Shown one piece after another: positions 37,282 through 38,717 of a stretch of DNA of 38,717 nucleotides. Origin of the DNA: Octopus bimaculoides (lineage: Eukaryota). How positions within the stretch are numbered: the first letter of the stretch is position 1; each line of letters starts with the position of its first letter. Under the pieces are notes generated by a model that was not told the origin of the DNA, did not search any database, and saw nothing but the letters and a program-made list of their open reading frames with translations. The stretch is taken from the NCBI RefSeq assembly GCF_001194135.2, contig NC_068988.1, forward strand, positions 62,472,722 to 62,511,438. The letters are read 5' to 3'. A program made the translations under genes and the position numbers.

Positions 37282-37383
37282 AGAAGGTGTGTGCTAATGA
37301 ATATTTTCATGGCACTCGCGATTTACTGCAGACAAGTATCTTGAAAATAGAGAACAAGCCCGAATGCTTGCAAACGTGTAATG
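37282..37383 (+). CDS. Candidate 102-nt phase 1-1 exon, PAN/Apple-like cysteine pattern (xKVCANEYFHGTRDLLQTSILKIENKPECLQTCN-G)
   Basis: Acceptor TTTTCCTTTTCGTTGAAG and donor ATG|GTATTT; open frame with C-x24-C-x3-C spacing. The domain call is by eye. Confidence 0.4.
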
Positions 37384-37500
37384 GTATTTTGAGCTTTTGA
37401 ATAGAAAACGTTTGTAAACGTGCGATTATTATCAAAAGATGTGCAAAATTTGATACATATTACTAACATATATGGATTATTAAAAAAAAATATTGTAGTA

Positions 37501-37870
37501 GGCGCAGGAGTGGCTGCGTGGTATGTAGCTAGCTTACCAACCACATGGTTCCGAGTTCAGTCCCACAGCGTGGCAACTTGGGCGAGTTTCTTCTACTATA
37601 ACCTGTGACCGACCAAAGCCTTGTGATTGGATTTGGTAGACTGAAACTGACAGAAGCCCGTCGTATATATGTGTGCTTGTTTGTCTGTGTTTGTCCCCCC
37701 AAAATCGCTTGACAACCGATGCTGGTTTGTTTACGTCCCTGTAACGTAGCAGTTCGGAAAAAGTGACCGATAGAATAGGTACTAGGCTTACAAGGAATAA
37801 GTCCTGGGGTCGATTTGCTCGACTAAAGGGGTACTCCAGCATGGCCGCAGTCAAATGACTGAAACAAGTA
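37501..37870 (+). mobile_element. Family B tRNA-derived SINE, near full length
   Basis: GGCGCAGGAGTGGCTGCGTGG head, GAGTTCAGTCCC B-box-like motif, A-rich tail; homologous to 4478-4880. Confidence 0.9.
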
Positions 37871-37904
37871 AAAAAGTAAAAAGAAAAGAGAGAAATAAGA
37901 AAAA

Positions 37905-38070
37905 CATCGCTTGACAACCGATGCTAGTGTGTATACCTCCCCGTAACCTAGCGGTTCGCCAATGAGAACGATAGAATAAGTACTAGGCTTACAAAGAATA
38001 AGTCCTGGGGTTGATGTGCTTGACTAAAGGCGGTGCTCCAGCATGGCCGCAGTTCAATGAATGAAACGAG
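37905..38070 (+). mobile_element. Second copy of the family B SINE 3' half, in tandem
   Basis: CATCGCTTGACAACCGATGCT...CCAGCATGGCCGCAGT repeats 37705-37865 with substitutions. Confidence 0.85.
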
Positions 38071-38589
38071 TTAAAGGTTTAAACAGTTTATCTACTTTTA
38101 GGGGAAATATCTTTTAAAAATATCTAGTCTGTTACACTAATGTTGCACTGGAAATTTAATAAATGCTTCACTCTTCCGAATATAGTGGAGTAGAAAAACA
38201 CTCCATTTACGATTACTGAGATTCTACATGGAGATAAAATTGCATTTCTGTTTTATTGAAATATTTATAAACACTACAGTATTTTAAAGTAAAATAAGTG
38301 CTTTTGTGTTTGTAGATAGATAGAATTTACCATATCTACCCATAAGCATGTCAACACAAACAAATAAATATGTTGGTGAAATTGTAATATATACGCCTAA
38401 GTGAGTTGCGAAATTGTAACACACACTCCTGGGTCAGATACGCTTTGTATGAAACCAATCATTTTATGCGTTTCCTACGTAAGGCAATATATATTGTGAA
38501 TCAGCGTAAGACAAAGTCGGAAAATCTACAACTGTTGATCATTGTACAACGAGAAGCAGCTACTCCCCGATCTAATACTGTGTCTGTTA

Positions 38590-38609
38590 CTGCTGCTGCT
38601 GCTGCTACA

Positions 38610-38675
<66 letters not shown>
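38590..38675. repeat. (CTG)n(CTA)n microsatellite
   Basis: Direct reading. Confidence 0.95.
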
Positions 38676-38717
38676 GTTGGTATTTCTGCAGCTCCTCCAA
38701 CCAATATATATATATAT

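Noticed and set aside
38466-38717. Open Thr/Ala-rich frame resembling a mucin stalk
   Set aside because: It is mostly (CTG)n(CTA)n microsatellite and runs into (AT)n without a splice donor.
1-38717. CRISPR array, complete tRNA or rRNA genes, prokaryotic operons
   Set aside because: No repeat-spacer structure was found. tRNA-like segments are SINE heads, and the sequence is eukaryotic in character.

Overview
AT-rich, microsatellite-dense eukaryotic genomic DNA with five assembly gaps. It is most likely octopus/cephalopod intronic or intergenic sequence (inferred from composition and SINE/LINE types, not verified by search). No intact protein-coding gene, rRNA, complete tRNA or CRISPR array is present. 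Most listed ORFs are microsatellite or N-gap artefacts, or transposon relics. Recognisable content: two decayed CR1/L2-type LINEs, two R4/Dong-clade LINE copies sitting in (TAA)n tracts, a Tx1/L1-type LINE, several mariner relics and a MITE, and two tRNA-derived SINE families in many copies. There are also candidate host exons on both strands. The most notable signal is a minimal type I hammerhead ribozyme motif (minus strand, 9947-9992) in a ~165-bp cassette directly downstream of a Dong LINE 3' end. A second, degenerate hammerhead-like inverted pair lies at ~1385-1453.
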